Below, one piece after another: positions 48,299 through 60,402 of a stretch of DNA of 64,000 nucleotides; position 1 is the stretch's first letter; each line of letters starts with the position of its first letter. Position numbers and translations under genes: made by a program. Under the pieces are notes generated by a model. It ran no database searches. It saw nothing but the letters and a program-made list of their open reading frames with translations, and had not been told where the DNA came from. Origin of the DNA: Peribolospora baueri (taxonomy: Eukaryota). The stretch covers positions 1 to 64,000 of the forward strand of contig JAMDHS010000014.1 in assembly GCA_029717555.1 (NCBI GenBank), read 5' to 3'.

Positions 48299-50194
48299 AT
48301 GTCTCCCCCATCTCCATCTCCATCTCCATCTTCCTCGCCGCCGCCCGCCCGCATCCTCCTCGCCCTCGCCCTCCTCGCCTCTTCCGCCCTCCTGCCCCTC
48401 GCCGTCTCCGCGCCCAACCCCGCCCACGACAGCGCACCCCAGCGCCACTCCCGATCACCCCTCCCTGCCCTCGACGACCGGCCCTTGACCATCCCCCTCC
48501 GCCGCACTCGCCGCGCCCCCCGCCAAGGCGAAGAGCTGCTCGCATGGATGGACGCCGAGACGGCGCACGTCCGCGCCAAGCACGGCTTCGTTCACGCCGG
48601 CGCCGAGGCCGCCAAGCAGGCGAGGCGAGCCGCCGAGGGGGACGCGAGCACCATCGGCAAGCGCGGCTCCACCGGCGCCGTCGATCTCGCCAACTACGGC
48701 CACGACTCGACCTACTACGGCTCGCTCAGCATTGGCACCCCCGCCAGGGCCTATAACGCCATCTTGGACACCGGCTCCTCCGACCTCTGGCTCGCTTCAA
48801 CCGGCTGCTACGCCGGCTGTCAGGGCGTCGACGCCTTCGACCCCACCGCCTCCTCCTCCTTCAAGAACCTCTCTCAGAACTTTGACATCCAGTATGGCAG
48901 CGGAGAAGTCGCCGGCACACTCGCCCAGGACGACATGACCATGGGCGGCTTCAGCGTCAACGGTCAGACCTTGGGTGCGTGCCGCTCCTCTTTCGCTCAC
49001 CGCCGCCCGCGCTCATCTTCGCCTCCTCTCTCCCTCTTCAGCTGTCGTCAACTATGTCAACCCGCCGGGCTTGATCGACGGAGGCCTCTCCGGTCTCATG
49101 GGTTTGGGATGGAAGGTGAGCGAACCCAAGTCCCTCCTCATCGTCCATTCGAGCCGCTCGCTCACCCCCCTCGTGTTCCCCCCTCCTCAGCAAATCGCCG
49201 CCTCGGGAGCTACGCCGTTCTGGCAACAGCTCGCCGCGAACGGTGCGCTGGCGTCCCCAGAGTTCAGCCTCTTCATCACCCGCTTCGTCGACGATGCCCA
49301 GGCCAAGGACCTCGAGCCGGGCGGAATCTTCACGCTCGGCGGCACCAACTCGTCCCTCTACACTGGCAACGTCAATTACATTGACATTCCCTCCGGCCAG
49401 GAAGGCTATTGGATGATCCCCCTGCAAGGCGAGAGAGCGCCCTCGTAGCCCTCGGTCGCGTGACGTGCTCACCGTCTTCTCTTTCCTCCTCCGCCCCTCA
49501 GGCATGGCCATCAACGGCTCGACGATCAACATCGGCACCCCGGCGCCCAACGTGGCCATCGACAGCGGCACGACGCTCGTCGGAGGGCCCAACAGCGTCA
49601 TCGCCGACCTCTACTCCCACATCCCCGGCGCGGCCGCCGCCGGTGGCGCCAACCAGGGCTACTACACCTTCCCGTGCGACACGCAGGTCGGCGTCTCGCT
49701 CACCTTTGGCGGCGTCACTTACAACGTCTCCCCCGCTGACTTTAACCTCGGCACGGCGACTAGCACCAGCGGCCGCGGAAGTCATCAGAGTAACGAGTGT
49801 CTTGGCGGGTTCTTTGAGCTCGGTGATAGCGCTGGATCGCTCGACTGGATCATCGGCGATACCTTCCTGGTGAGCGCTGGGCCGGCTGGTCGTTTTGAAA
49901 GCCACGTTCCTCACCCTCCCCTCTTGTTATCCTCCTCTGGCGTCTCCCCCGTAGAAAAACGTCTACTCCGTCTTCCGCTACAACCCGCCCTCAGTCGGCT
50001 TCGCCCAGCTCTCCTCCACCGCCCAGGCTTCCGTCGGCACAGCCGTCCCGAGCAGCGTCGCCACCCAAGTCTCTGGCGGCATCTCCGGCAACAGCGCTCA
50101 CGGAGACGTCCACTCCCGCATCACGTCCTCCTTCCTCGCCGCCGCGCTCGTCGGCGTCGTCGGCGGCGCTGCGGCCGCGCTTGGCTTGTTCTGA
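48299..50194 (+). CDS. Secreted A1 (pepsin-like) aspartic protease, probably GPI-anchored
   Basis: Signal ILLALALLASSALLPLAVSA; propeptide ending KR; catalytic ILDTGSSDLW and VAIDSGTT; flap IQYGSG; WIIGDTFL|KNVYSVFR..VGFA; Ser/Thr linker, GNSA and a hydrophobic C-terminus. Confidence 0.93.
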
Positions 50195-50955
50195 ATTCGT
50201 GTTCGAGTCGAGCGACGCCATCTTTGTTCGTTCGTTCATCGCTCGCCCCCCACCATCGCATCCTCTCTCTCCCACGGACTCGACTCACGCTCGCTCCTTT
50301 CCGCTCACCGCACTAACCGGCCATTCGACACTCATCTCATCTCATCGCTCCTTCGGTTTTTCATTTGGTTTTGGTTTTTGGTTTTTCTTGTTGGCTTTGA
50401 TCCATCCAGCCCCTTGTACTTACTATCTCGAGAATCTTTCGACCTCATTCGGGCCTTGTGCATGTACATACGTACGCATACGCCTACCTACCTACCTACC
50501 TACCTAAATAACTAACTACTGTACCTCACCTGCTTGACCATTACCTACCCACCCTATTAAGTTCTTCTACCAACCGCGCTCGCTCAATCGGTGCATGAAT
50601 AAGGAACGCGAACGCGAGGCGGGTGAAACGGAGGCAACTCATCTCGACGCGCCGGACGATCGTCAAGACTGGCGATGATGATCAGAGACGGACGGACGGA
50701 TATACTTACATGCATGCATGCAGTTTCCGTTACCCGCCGTCCATCGTCCCATCCACCTCATCTCGTCTTCTCTTCTCGTCTCGTCATCGAGGTCCCGTCT
50801 CCGTCCATCCGTCCCTTTGCCTTTATCATTCCTCGCCCGGTCTTGCTTCTTGCGTGTTGAACGCGTCTTCCGTCGCGCTAGTCGGCGGCCAGCAAGCAGT
50901 GCATACATTCGTCTCCATCCCAGGCAACCCCGTTCGTTCGTCCATCCACGCACGC

Positions 50956-53900
50956 ATGTCCTCGTCCGCCGCCGCACTCCGATTGCGCTCCGGAATCGGC
51001 CTTCGCGCCTCCCTCGCCCTCGCCGCCGCCGCGAGGTCCCGACCACCACCCCCAGCGCGATCGCCGGCCGCTCTCTTCTCGCCGCCGCTCAGCGCCGCTC
51101 CTCGCGCTCGGGCCACCAATGTCTTTGCCTCCAGCAGACGGTTCTTGGCCACATCTCCGCCTCCCCCCTCCTCCCCATCAGCGGGGGACAAGCCATTCAC
51201 CGGACCTCCCCCGCGCCGACGCTTCCTCGGCCGGTACCCACGCACCCGCTTCGTCGCCTTCGCCGCCCTCTCCTTCGCCCTCACCATCGGCGGCATCACC
51301 GCCGTCCTCCTCGTCTACGACGCATTGACCTACTCCGACCGACACGTCGGAAACGTCCCCGCCCACCCACTCTCCCTCCACCCGCAGCGCGGTGGGCCCA
51401 AGAACTTGCCCGTGTTGAAGCGCCTCGTGGGCGATTATGAGTCTGAAGAGGCTCAGTCTTTGTCTGATAAGCCGCATCTTGTGATCGTTGGCGGCGGATG
51501 GGGCGTGAGTGGAGCGAATGAATGCATGATTCCCTTCGTTCGTTTGGCCTAGGGCCGAACCCGGCTGAACGAACCCTTTCTCCCCCGCTCGGCAGTCCGT
51601 CGCGCTCGTAAAGTCGCTCGACCCCGACGCGTACCACGTCACCCTCGTCGACCCGGACAACTTTTTCCTCTTCACCCCTCTCCTCCCTTCCGCCACCGTC
51701 GGCACCGTCGAACCACGCTCGCTCGTCGAACCGCTCCGCAAGATCCTCGCTCGCGTCAACGGACACTACCTCGAAGCTTCTGCCGTCGACGTCGAGCTCT
51801 CTGAACGGCTCTTGGAGGTTAAGACGATCAAGGGCGATCATTTGTATGTGCCGTACGATAAGCTTGTCATCGCTGTTGGTAGCAAGAGCAACGATCATGG
51901 CGTCGACGGACTCGAGTACTGCCATCAGCTCAAGACGGTCAAGGACGGTATGGAGATCCGCAGGCATATCATGGGTCAGTCCCGTCCCATCCCATCTGTC
52001 TATCCGGATAGTACTGTCTGCTTGTCTTTCTTAACATGGACCCGCTCCTCTCCCTTCTAGACAACCTCGAAGCCGCCGTCCTCCCTTCGACAACGCCCGA
52101 GGAGCGACGGAGGCTGCTCAGCTTTGTCATCTGCGGCGGAGGTCCCACCGGCGTCGAGTTTGCCAGCGAGCTCTACGACATGGTTCAGGAGGATGTGATG
52201 CAATACGTGAGCAGCCGAGGGCGTCGGCGTTCTCTTCCCGGGAGCGAAACAGAACGCAAGTGCTGAGCCCGTCTCTCCTTTTCACCGCCAGTTCCCAAAA
52301 CTCCTCCGCGCCTCCACCTCCGTCCACCTCATCCAGTCCCGCGATCACATCCTCAACACTTACGAGAGCACCATCTCCGAGTACGCCGAAAAGAAATTTC
52401 AGCGGGACGAGGTGGACGTGATCGTCAACGCGCGCGTCAAGGAGGTTTGTCCGGATAAGGTCATCTTCACCGTCAAGAAGGCGACGGGGGAGAAAGACGA
52501 GAAGGGCAAGGATAAGTTTGTTACGGAGGAGCGGGTGTTGGATACCGGCCTTGTGCTTTGGAGTACGGGTATCGGTGAGTGACGCATCAACGCGCGCTAG
52601 ACGATCCCCCGTGTCGCTTTTCTCATTCATCGTCTTTGCTCTCTGAATAGCCATGAACCCGTTCACCAAGCGCGTTGCAGAGCTCTTGCCGAACCAGTAC
52701 CACTTGAAGGCGCTCGAAGGTGGGTTGCCATGGATCATCGTACCCCCCCCCCTTTTCCGTCCCAGCTAATCCTCCCACCTCGCACTCCACCCTCTCGCCA
52801 GTCGACTCTCACCTCCGCGTCAAGGGCGCCCCGCTCGGCACCGTGTACGCTGTCGGCGACTGCTCGACCATCGATCATCGCCTCCTCGACTATCTCTTCG
52901 ACTTTGTCTCCAAGTGCGACGCCGACAAGGACGGCGCGATCTCTCCAGACGAGTTTGACGTCCTCGTTCGCCGCATGCAACGCCAGTTCCCGATGAGCAA
53001 GAAGCACACGAGCAAGATTCGGGACTTGTTTGAGTTGTACGACAAGAACAAGGACGGAAAGCTGAGCATCAACGAGCTCACGGATATGTTTCTCGACTTG
53101 AGCAGCAAGATGACTAGCTTGCCCGCCACGGCGCAGGTGGCCGATCAGGAGGGTGAGCGTTCCGCACAACGTCCTCAGCTCTTGGTTCGGCATTGTCGAA
53201 TCCTTCGTAACTCATATCCGTCCGTCCGTCTGTCCGTTCGTTCGTCCATCCATCCATCGATCCTTACGCCACAGGCAAGTACCTCGGCCGCAAATTCAAC
53301 AAGCTTGCCAGAGTGGCCGGCACGCTGGAGGCGAACGACGTGCACGACGACCCTGACGACACGGTCTACAAACCCTTCGAGTATATGCACCTCGGTAGTT
53401 TGGCCTACAGTGAGTTCCGAGAGGCGCAGCATCACCTAGCGACCGTCGCGTCCTTCGTTGTTGGGCGTCATTCGATCTCGTGCTGACGATCGTCCGCACC
53501 GTGTTATCTGCCCCCTTGTTTCCTCCCCGCCTCCGCGCCCCAGTCGGCAACAGCGCCGTCTTCGACTTTGGCAACGGATGGAGCTTCGCCGGCGGACTCA
53601 TGGCCATGTACCTCTGGAGGAGCGTCTACTGGTCCGAGCAAGGTACGTCGCCACTCGTCGTCACAGCTCCTAAATGCGTCTTGTGGCGGCTTGGTCGCCT
53701 TCCTGTCCCCGCCTTTCTGACGTCTTGCGCCCTGGCCTCCCTGACTTACAGTATCCACCCGCACCCGCGTGCTGCTCATGCTCGACTGGTACGTCCCTCC
53801 CTGCCTCCCCCTCTCCCTCTGGCCGTCGGTCATTTCTCGTTCGTCGGCCGCCTTTCGCGAACGTTCACTGACGACAGCGACCTACTTTTGCTGTGCTCCT

Positions 53901-54138
53901 CGCCGCCTCCTCCTTCCCTCCCTCTCCTCTTTCGCGCATTTCAGGATCAAGCGCGGCATTTGGGGAAGAGACTTGTGCGTTTCCTTCCTTCCTCGCTTCC
54001 CCCTGGCTTGGACTCAGACTGCCAGCGCCCTGTCCGGGTATCCGCTCTGACCTTGGCCTGGCGCGAATGCTGATCGTCTGCTCCTCGCTCGATTCTCGCC
54101 CTTCGCCGACGGCTTTCCACGACAGGTCCAAGTTCTGA
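50956..54138 (+). CDS. NDE1: Mitochondrial external type II NADH dehydrogenase with EF hands (64-kDa, Neurospora NDE-1-like)
   Basis: Arg/Ser/Ala-rich presequence and TM segment; [55 protein letters not shown] loops [12 protein letters not shown] and [49 protein letters not shown]. Confidence 0.93.
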
Positions 54139-55421
54139 ACTGACACCAACGAAAGAGGAGCAACCCACCTAGCTTATGAAATCACGCAGTGACGCCATCG
54201 TGCCCGATCCGATCATCTACCTATCTTGGTTTTGGTTGGACGTTCGCCTTTGCCTCGTTTCCCGCGTCGATCGGGCGGCGCTGCGCCGCGCGCGGGCTTC
54301 TTGCTTTGTCCTTTGTTTCAACTCGTCGGCCCCATGTTCTCTTATGCTTTGCTTTCCTCCTCTGGCACACCTGACTTGGCCCGGGCGAGCGAGCGTGCGT
54401 TTGCGACGGGCGCGCGTATGCGACACAGAGAGTCGGCACCGTGCCAGCTGTCGGACAGAGTGTCGGAGACGAACCAGGGATGGCATGATGAAGAGCGGAC
54501 GAGGAGGAGGGGAGAAGACGGGAGCGAGAAAAGGTTTATGTTGTCGTAATGAAAAAGTTCGAGGGGGCGACCTAGCCGTCGTTGAACCGGTCAAACGCCC
54601 TGATGGCGAGGGCAGAGCGAGTGAGACGCTCGTCGACATGTTCCTGAGTTTTCCGTCATGACAGACAACCTTGAGGCCATGCTCCGACAATGCCGAATGC
54701 CGATCGATGCCCGGGAGAAGAGGACGATCGGGTGCAGCATGGAGAACGAGGTGGGCGACCGTGTGTGAGCGAGGTGGAGGAAAGCTCGGTCGGATGGTGG
54801 GGACGAGAACGACACGGCACGGGCAAGGAGTGAATCGAATCGCACCCACGAAAGATCAAAGTTGCACGAGACCGACCGAATCGAAGGAAGACGAGCGACG
54901 AATGACGCTACGAGATACAACAGGACACATGGGAAGCGGGACGGAGGCGGGAACGGAGGGCGACATAGGGGTCGTTACACTCGGTACATTCGGGTGCGCA
55001 CGACACGACACGAGACAGGGACGGTGCGGCAAAAGAAGAAGACGGGTAGGACAGGGAACGAAAACAGGAGGAGGGGGAAAGCGAAGTCGAAAGGGGATGG
55101 CAGAAAAGAGACGGGAGGAACGAAGAAAGACAAGGTATGTAAGCCGGGAAAACTGGTGGAAACAAGGGAACACGACCACGAACACGAACGCAAAAGACAA
55201 GTATCGCAAGCACTCAGACATGGACGACAGACACCGATACACAAACTCCAGGAGACTAGGACGCAAAACGAATCAAAACGGGACGAATCGATCAAAGAGA
55301 CAGACAGGCACGACAGAGAACCAAGAGGAACAAACCGTCTCCTCGACGCGGCCGAGCTCCTTCGCGCCACGTCCACCGCCGCCGAACGCGGGCGGACTTC
55401 TTTCTCGGTGGCAAATCAGTT

Positions 55422-58396
55422 CTACCACTGCGGCCTGTAGCCGAACCTCACCGGGCTCGAGTCGACGTCCAAGGCATGCCCGGCGAGCGACTCGGCGGTG
55501 TAGTAGTCGAGCTCGTGCTGGAGCGTGTTGGAGTAGTCGAGGCCCATCTGCGCGAACGTGGGCCGATGAGGGGTTGTGATGGCGCGATTACCCCCTCCCG
55601 CTCCCGTCGATGAGCTCTGAGAAGCAGTCGACGCCTGCCTGGAAGAAAGACCAAGAGGACGGCGTCGCTCCTCCCTGGCGCTCGAGAACGCGGCATAGGG
55701 GCCGAGCCTGCTCGGACTGAATGGGGAATATTGACCGAGCCTGCTCGGACTGACGCCAAAACCCATGCCCGATGGGGGCCAGTTCTCCTGGCCCAAGCCA
55801 CCGAGGCCGGTGCTCGAGGTGGAGAAGGCGTCGACAAACTTGCCAGGCGTGGAGAACGGAGCATATTGACCGAGCCTGTTCGGACTGAGACCGAAGCCCA
55901 TGCCCGGCGGCGTCCAGTTCTCCTGGCCCAGGCTGCCGAGGCTGCTGCTCGAGGTATCGAGGAGCTTGCCAGGCGAAGACGTGTCCTGGATGAAGGAGAA
56001 GACCCTTTTCCTCTTCTTCGACGGAGGCGGCGGCGCAGCGTCACTTGTCGTGTACGATCTCTCATCCGCCGCGCTCGAGCTGACGCCCACGACCCTGTCC
56101 GCCAACGCTGCCGAATTGTCGCTGGCCTTGGACGAAGAAGGAGGCGGGGGGAGAGGCTGGGGAGGTGGAGCGGGCGGGCCAGGCGGGCGGGTTTTGACAA
56201 TGTTGCCATCGACAAACTTGTGCTCGTCCCCCTTGGCGATGACCCAGAAACAGCCCTTGCCGGGCATGCCCTTCTCGCGAGGCTGCTTGAGAAAGCTCTT
56301 GTTGAGGCTGAGGTTGTGCCGGATCGAGTTCATCCAGCCCTTGTCGCCCTTCTTGTAGAACGGCCAAGCCTCGTTGATATATGCGTAGATCTCGCTCAGG
56401 CTGAGCCGCTTGTCCGATGCGGAGAGGATGGCGAGGCCGATCATGCCGGCGTACGACGCCGCGGGCTTTTCGTCCGTGCGCGGGCCGGGAGGGAGAAGGT
56501 AATACCGGTCGGGCGGACGGATGGTGATCTCGCTGCGCTTGAGCGCCGCGTCGATCTCGCTCGTGTCAATCTTTCGCCAGCGGGGGTTCCTCAGCAGCTC
56601 TTCGGCCGTCGGCACACCTCCCTCGGTCACGCCGTCGCCGTCATCGTTGTCGTCGCCTCCCCCCGATAAGGACGAGGAGGGGCGGCCGAACGTGCGTTTC
56701 TTGCCGAGCCTGCTCAACCGGTTCGTTGGGCTCTCTCCATGCGCCTTGTTGCTCTTTCTCATCCTCTCCCGGCCCACCGGTCCCGAAAGACTGCGAGCCA
56801 TGGGCGATGAACCGTCGCAATCTCTCCAGGTGACGCCCGCGGCCAGACGCAAACGCCCCTCCGTGCTCGAGTTGCCGAGGCTCTTGGGCGAAGTATCGGG
56901 AGATGAGGACGGGGGAGAGGTGTTGGATGACGCGCGACCGCGGCCGCGGCCCATCGACATAGTCCCTTGGGAGGCGAAAGGCAGACCGTCGGTGTCGCGA
57001 GCGTCGCTTCCATCTTCTGACGTTGAACACCCCTCCGTCGCCTCGTCCTCTTCCTCCCCATCCACCGCAGCCACACCGGAGAGACCCGCGGAGCCGGGAC
57101 GAACGTCCTGGATCTCAGCAGCTGCTTGAAGACCAAAGCCGAAGCTATCGGCTACTCTCCCAGGCCCAGGCCCAGGCTTCCTAGACAATCCGGCGGCACT
57201 GTCGCTTCCGTGTCTGGCCATCTTTACACCGCCGACGTCCTGGTCCAGCAAGCCGAACACGGCCGCGGGGCTGATGGTGTCGTACAAGCTCGCGTGCGCT
57301 TTGGCGGCCGTGCCGCCTTGCCTCTCGAGCGTGGAGGACGAATGGGAGCGGATGAGCAGGGAGCGAGGCGAGTTGCGCGTCGCCGTCAGGCTTCGAGGGC
57401 TGCCATTGCCGTTGACGGCCCGGTTGAGGTCACCGGCCAGAAAAGCTACGCGCGGGGAGGCGACGCGCTGGCGAGGAGACTCGGGGTTTGAGTTCGTCTT
57501 GTCTGGCGAAACGGACATTCGAAGGAGGCTCTGCGCCGCGCGCAATGCCTGAGCTTGGGCTTGGGCTTGAGCGTGAGCGTGAGCGCGGGCAGGCGAGCCG
57601 AAGAGCAAACCTCTTTTGGCAGGGAGAGCGGGCGTGCGAGTGAGCGAAGCCGACTGACGGCGCGACGTCTGCATCTGTTTCTGATTCTGCACAGACATCT
57701 GCTGGTTGTGGAGCGGACTTGAGTTCTCGAGTAGCGTCCGATCCATCTCGTCTTCCTCGTTCGTCACCTCCTCGGTGGTCTGGGTGAGACTCGGCTCGTT
57801 GCCAGCCCAGCGAACGCGGCTCGTCTTGCTGCCCTCATCCGCAAGAGCACGGCTTGTGGGGGGCGTCGGGGGGAAGATTTCGTGCTTGTGCGCGCCTTGC
57901 TGCTCTCCCGGATGTGCCGGCATGGATCCGCGCACGGAGCAATGGCATCCCTTGTCGGAAGGACCCGCACGTTCGGCGGCGCTGGCTTGGGGATCGCGAC
58001 GAGAGCGGGCGGCCTTCTTGACGACCTTTTGAATGGCGCGAACATCGTCGGCGGCGTCCAGGAAGCGCTCCATGAAAGAAGCGGAAGTAGGTGAGCCTGA
58101 ATGATGAGCCAGAACCTGCGCCTGAGCTTTGGAGAAAGTGATTGAATTGAGCAACGCTTCCGCGGCGGTGGGTCGATGAGTGGACGGGTGTGAGACTTGG
58201 AAGGTGGAATAGGGAACAACCCCTCCGGAATTGCCATAGAAGACATGAGCATGTCCCTGTGTCGCTCCTTCGACCGACATCGCGGCGGTGGGGAAGCCCT
58301 CTCTCGCACCCTGAGCGAAAGCGGCCACGGCATCGCCTTCGCGCGCATACGCCAAGGCCAGCTGCTCCATCTCGCGAGCCATGCTCTTGTCCTCTT

Positions 58397-58427
<31 letters not shown>

Positions 58428-59612
58428 TGTTGTCGTTGTGCTCCGGGACCCCGCCGCTGAGGGTAAGGACTGCATGACCGTCCCGCCGGCGGCCGCGGCA
58501 ACGGCCTCCTCGGGTGAAGAGTAGAGTCCGAGCGCACCGTTGGGAGCGACCCACGCACTGGCATTAAGAAGGTGCAGAGACGGGTCCATCTCCGTTGTCG
58601 GGCTGATGGGCGGCGGGAGGAGGGCATTGTCTGTCGGAGGCGACGACGGCGCGTCTACGCTTCCCTCATTCCCTCCCCTGCCTGCTCCGCCACGTCCCGC
58701 CGAGCCCTGGCACGCGCGCACGCCCGTGCCGGCCTTCATTGCTCCAAGCGCCGCCATCACAGAACGCCTCTTCAAGCGCTCCCGCCTCTGCTGCGCGCGT
58801 CTCTTCTCCTTCCTCCACCCCACGTCATCCAAACTCGGCCTGGACCCACGCACGCCCGCATCCATCCCTCCGGGCGTTACCGCGATGGAGCCGGAGAAGA
58901 AGCGCAAAGGGCCCATCGAGGAACTCGAGCCCGACCCCGACCCCAAGAAGGGCCGGCCACCACTGGAGCTCATCGTCGCCTCCGATCCCGAGGCTTGAAA
59001 TCGGCCGTCAGACATGGATGGCGTGACGGGTGAGATGGAAGATGGGGGCGTGCCGAAGGAGCCGCCCGAGTCACAAGGCAGCCGACGGGTCTTGCCCTTG
59101 CCCTTTCCGCCCTTCTCGTCGGTACGGTCGCCGCGGCCGTCACCATAAAAGCCGTCTCCGAGTTCGTGGGCGTTCGGCTCCCATTGCCAATCCACGTCCG
59201 CCGGCCTTCGAAGGGCGCCGGCGACAGCTAGCTTAGTCGAGCTCCCCAACGTGGACGGCAAATCAAAGCCACCTCCTCCGGACGAGGAGTCGGTGGAAGA
59301 GCGGAGAAAGGCGATAACGCCACTTCTGGCCCGCTCGTACTCCTCGCGACTCAGGGTGAGGCCGAGGCTCTGGGCATGGGCGAGGAATGAGTCTGCGTTG
59401 GTGAAGGGGGTGGTGAAGTCGGAGGGCACGGGACGGGGTAGTGGGTGAGGATGGTGCTGTGGATGTGGGTGTGGTCGGGTCGAGGACGACGACGCGGGTT
59501 TTTCGTCTTGCGCGACGGACAGGGAAGGAGGCTGGCTGGGCGTTGTCGTCGCCGTCGCGGCGCGGAGAGGGGAGGACGCGGTGGCCGAGGGCTGGGTTTG
59601 TACGTCAGTCAT
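55422..59612 (-). CDS. Forkhead transcription factor (Hcm1/Sep1-like, no FHA domain seen)
   Basis: Forkhead domain KPAASYAGMIGLAILS..RLSLSEIYAYI..PFY..GWMNSIRHNLSLNKSFLK..GKGCFWVI (about 56215-56470) inside a >4 kb open frame. First in-frame ATG is 59612; an upstream exon is possible. Confidence 0.9.
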
Positions 59613-60402
59613 AGCTAGGATGTGCTGAGAAGAGGCGGAAGCGGATGTTGACACGAGCTGACAGTGCGCCTCTCCTCGTCGTCCGTGGCGATTGCCGTCG
59701 CGGGATGAAGGACGGGTAGAGCCGGATAGGAGGCGGTGCTGGACGATGAGAACGTGTTGAGGAAAGGCGAGAAAATGGGAGGTAGAGAGAGCGGGCGTCT
59801 AGAGAAGACGCGAGACATGAAGAAAAGAAGAAAGAGGAGGAGGAGGAGGAGGACGGAGGGGGGACATGTAAGACGAGGTGGGGGTGGGATGGGATGGAGG
59901 TGGTAAAAAGGGAAGCGACTCGACGACCGAGCGCGTCTCGACGCGTGCCTCGATCGGCAGGCGGGGTGAGCGATGAATCGAGCTGCGGCAGCTGCGGCAG
60001 CGTTGGCGCGGATGAGACGCCTCGTTTCTTCCTGCTTCGGCGCCTCGAGGCGATTCCGCGTGCGTCGAGGTCGACGTCGGCGAGAAGCCTCCTTTCTCTT
60101 CCTTCCTTTCACCATCCAATCCCTTCCCTCTTGTCACACTCACCACCTATCGACTCGAGCTAAGCGCCCGCGTCCCTTTGCAACGGCAAATCAAGTTACG
60201 TAACGTAGCATGCGGCCAAGAGGAGCGAGGTAGGCGGAATTCGGGGGTGAGCGGGTGAGCAGGCCAGCGATACGGTATGGCAGGAAGGGAAGAAGAGGTG
60301 TGGCACATAATTACAGACTGCGTCCGAAGACGAAGAAGGAAAGCCTCGAGGCCAACAGCAAGGCAGAGAGCGAGCCGAGCGACGACAGACACCAGACGGA
60401 CT

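Noticed and set aside
54126..54138. C-terminal SKF of the NADH dehydrogenase as a PTS1
   Set aside because: GRDxSxF-like endings are normal for the family, and the protein has a mitochondrial presequence.
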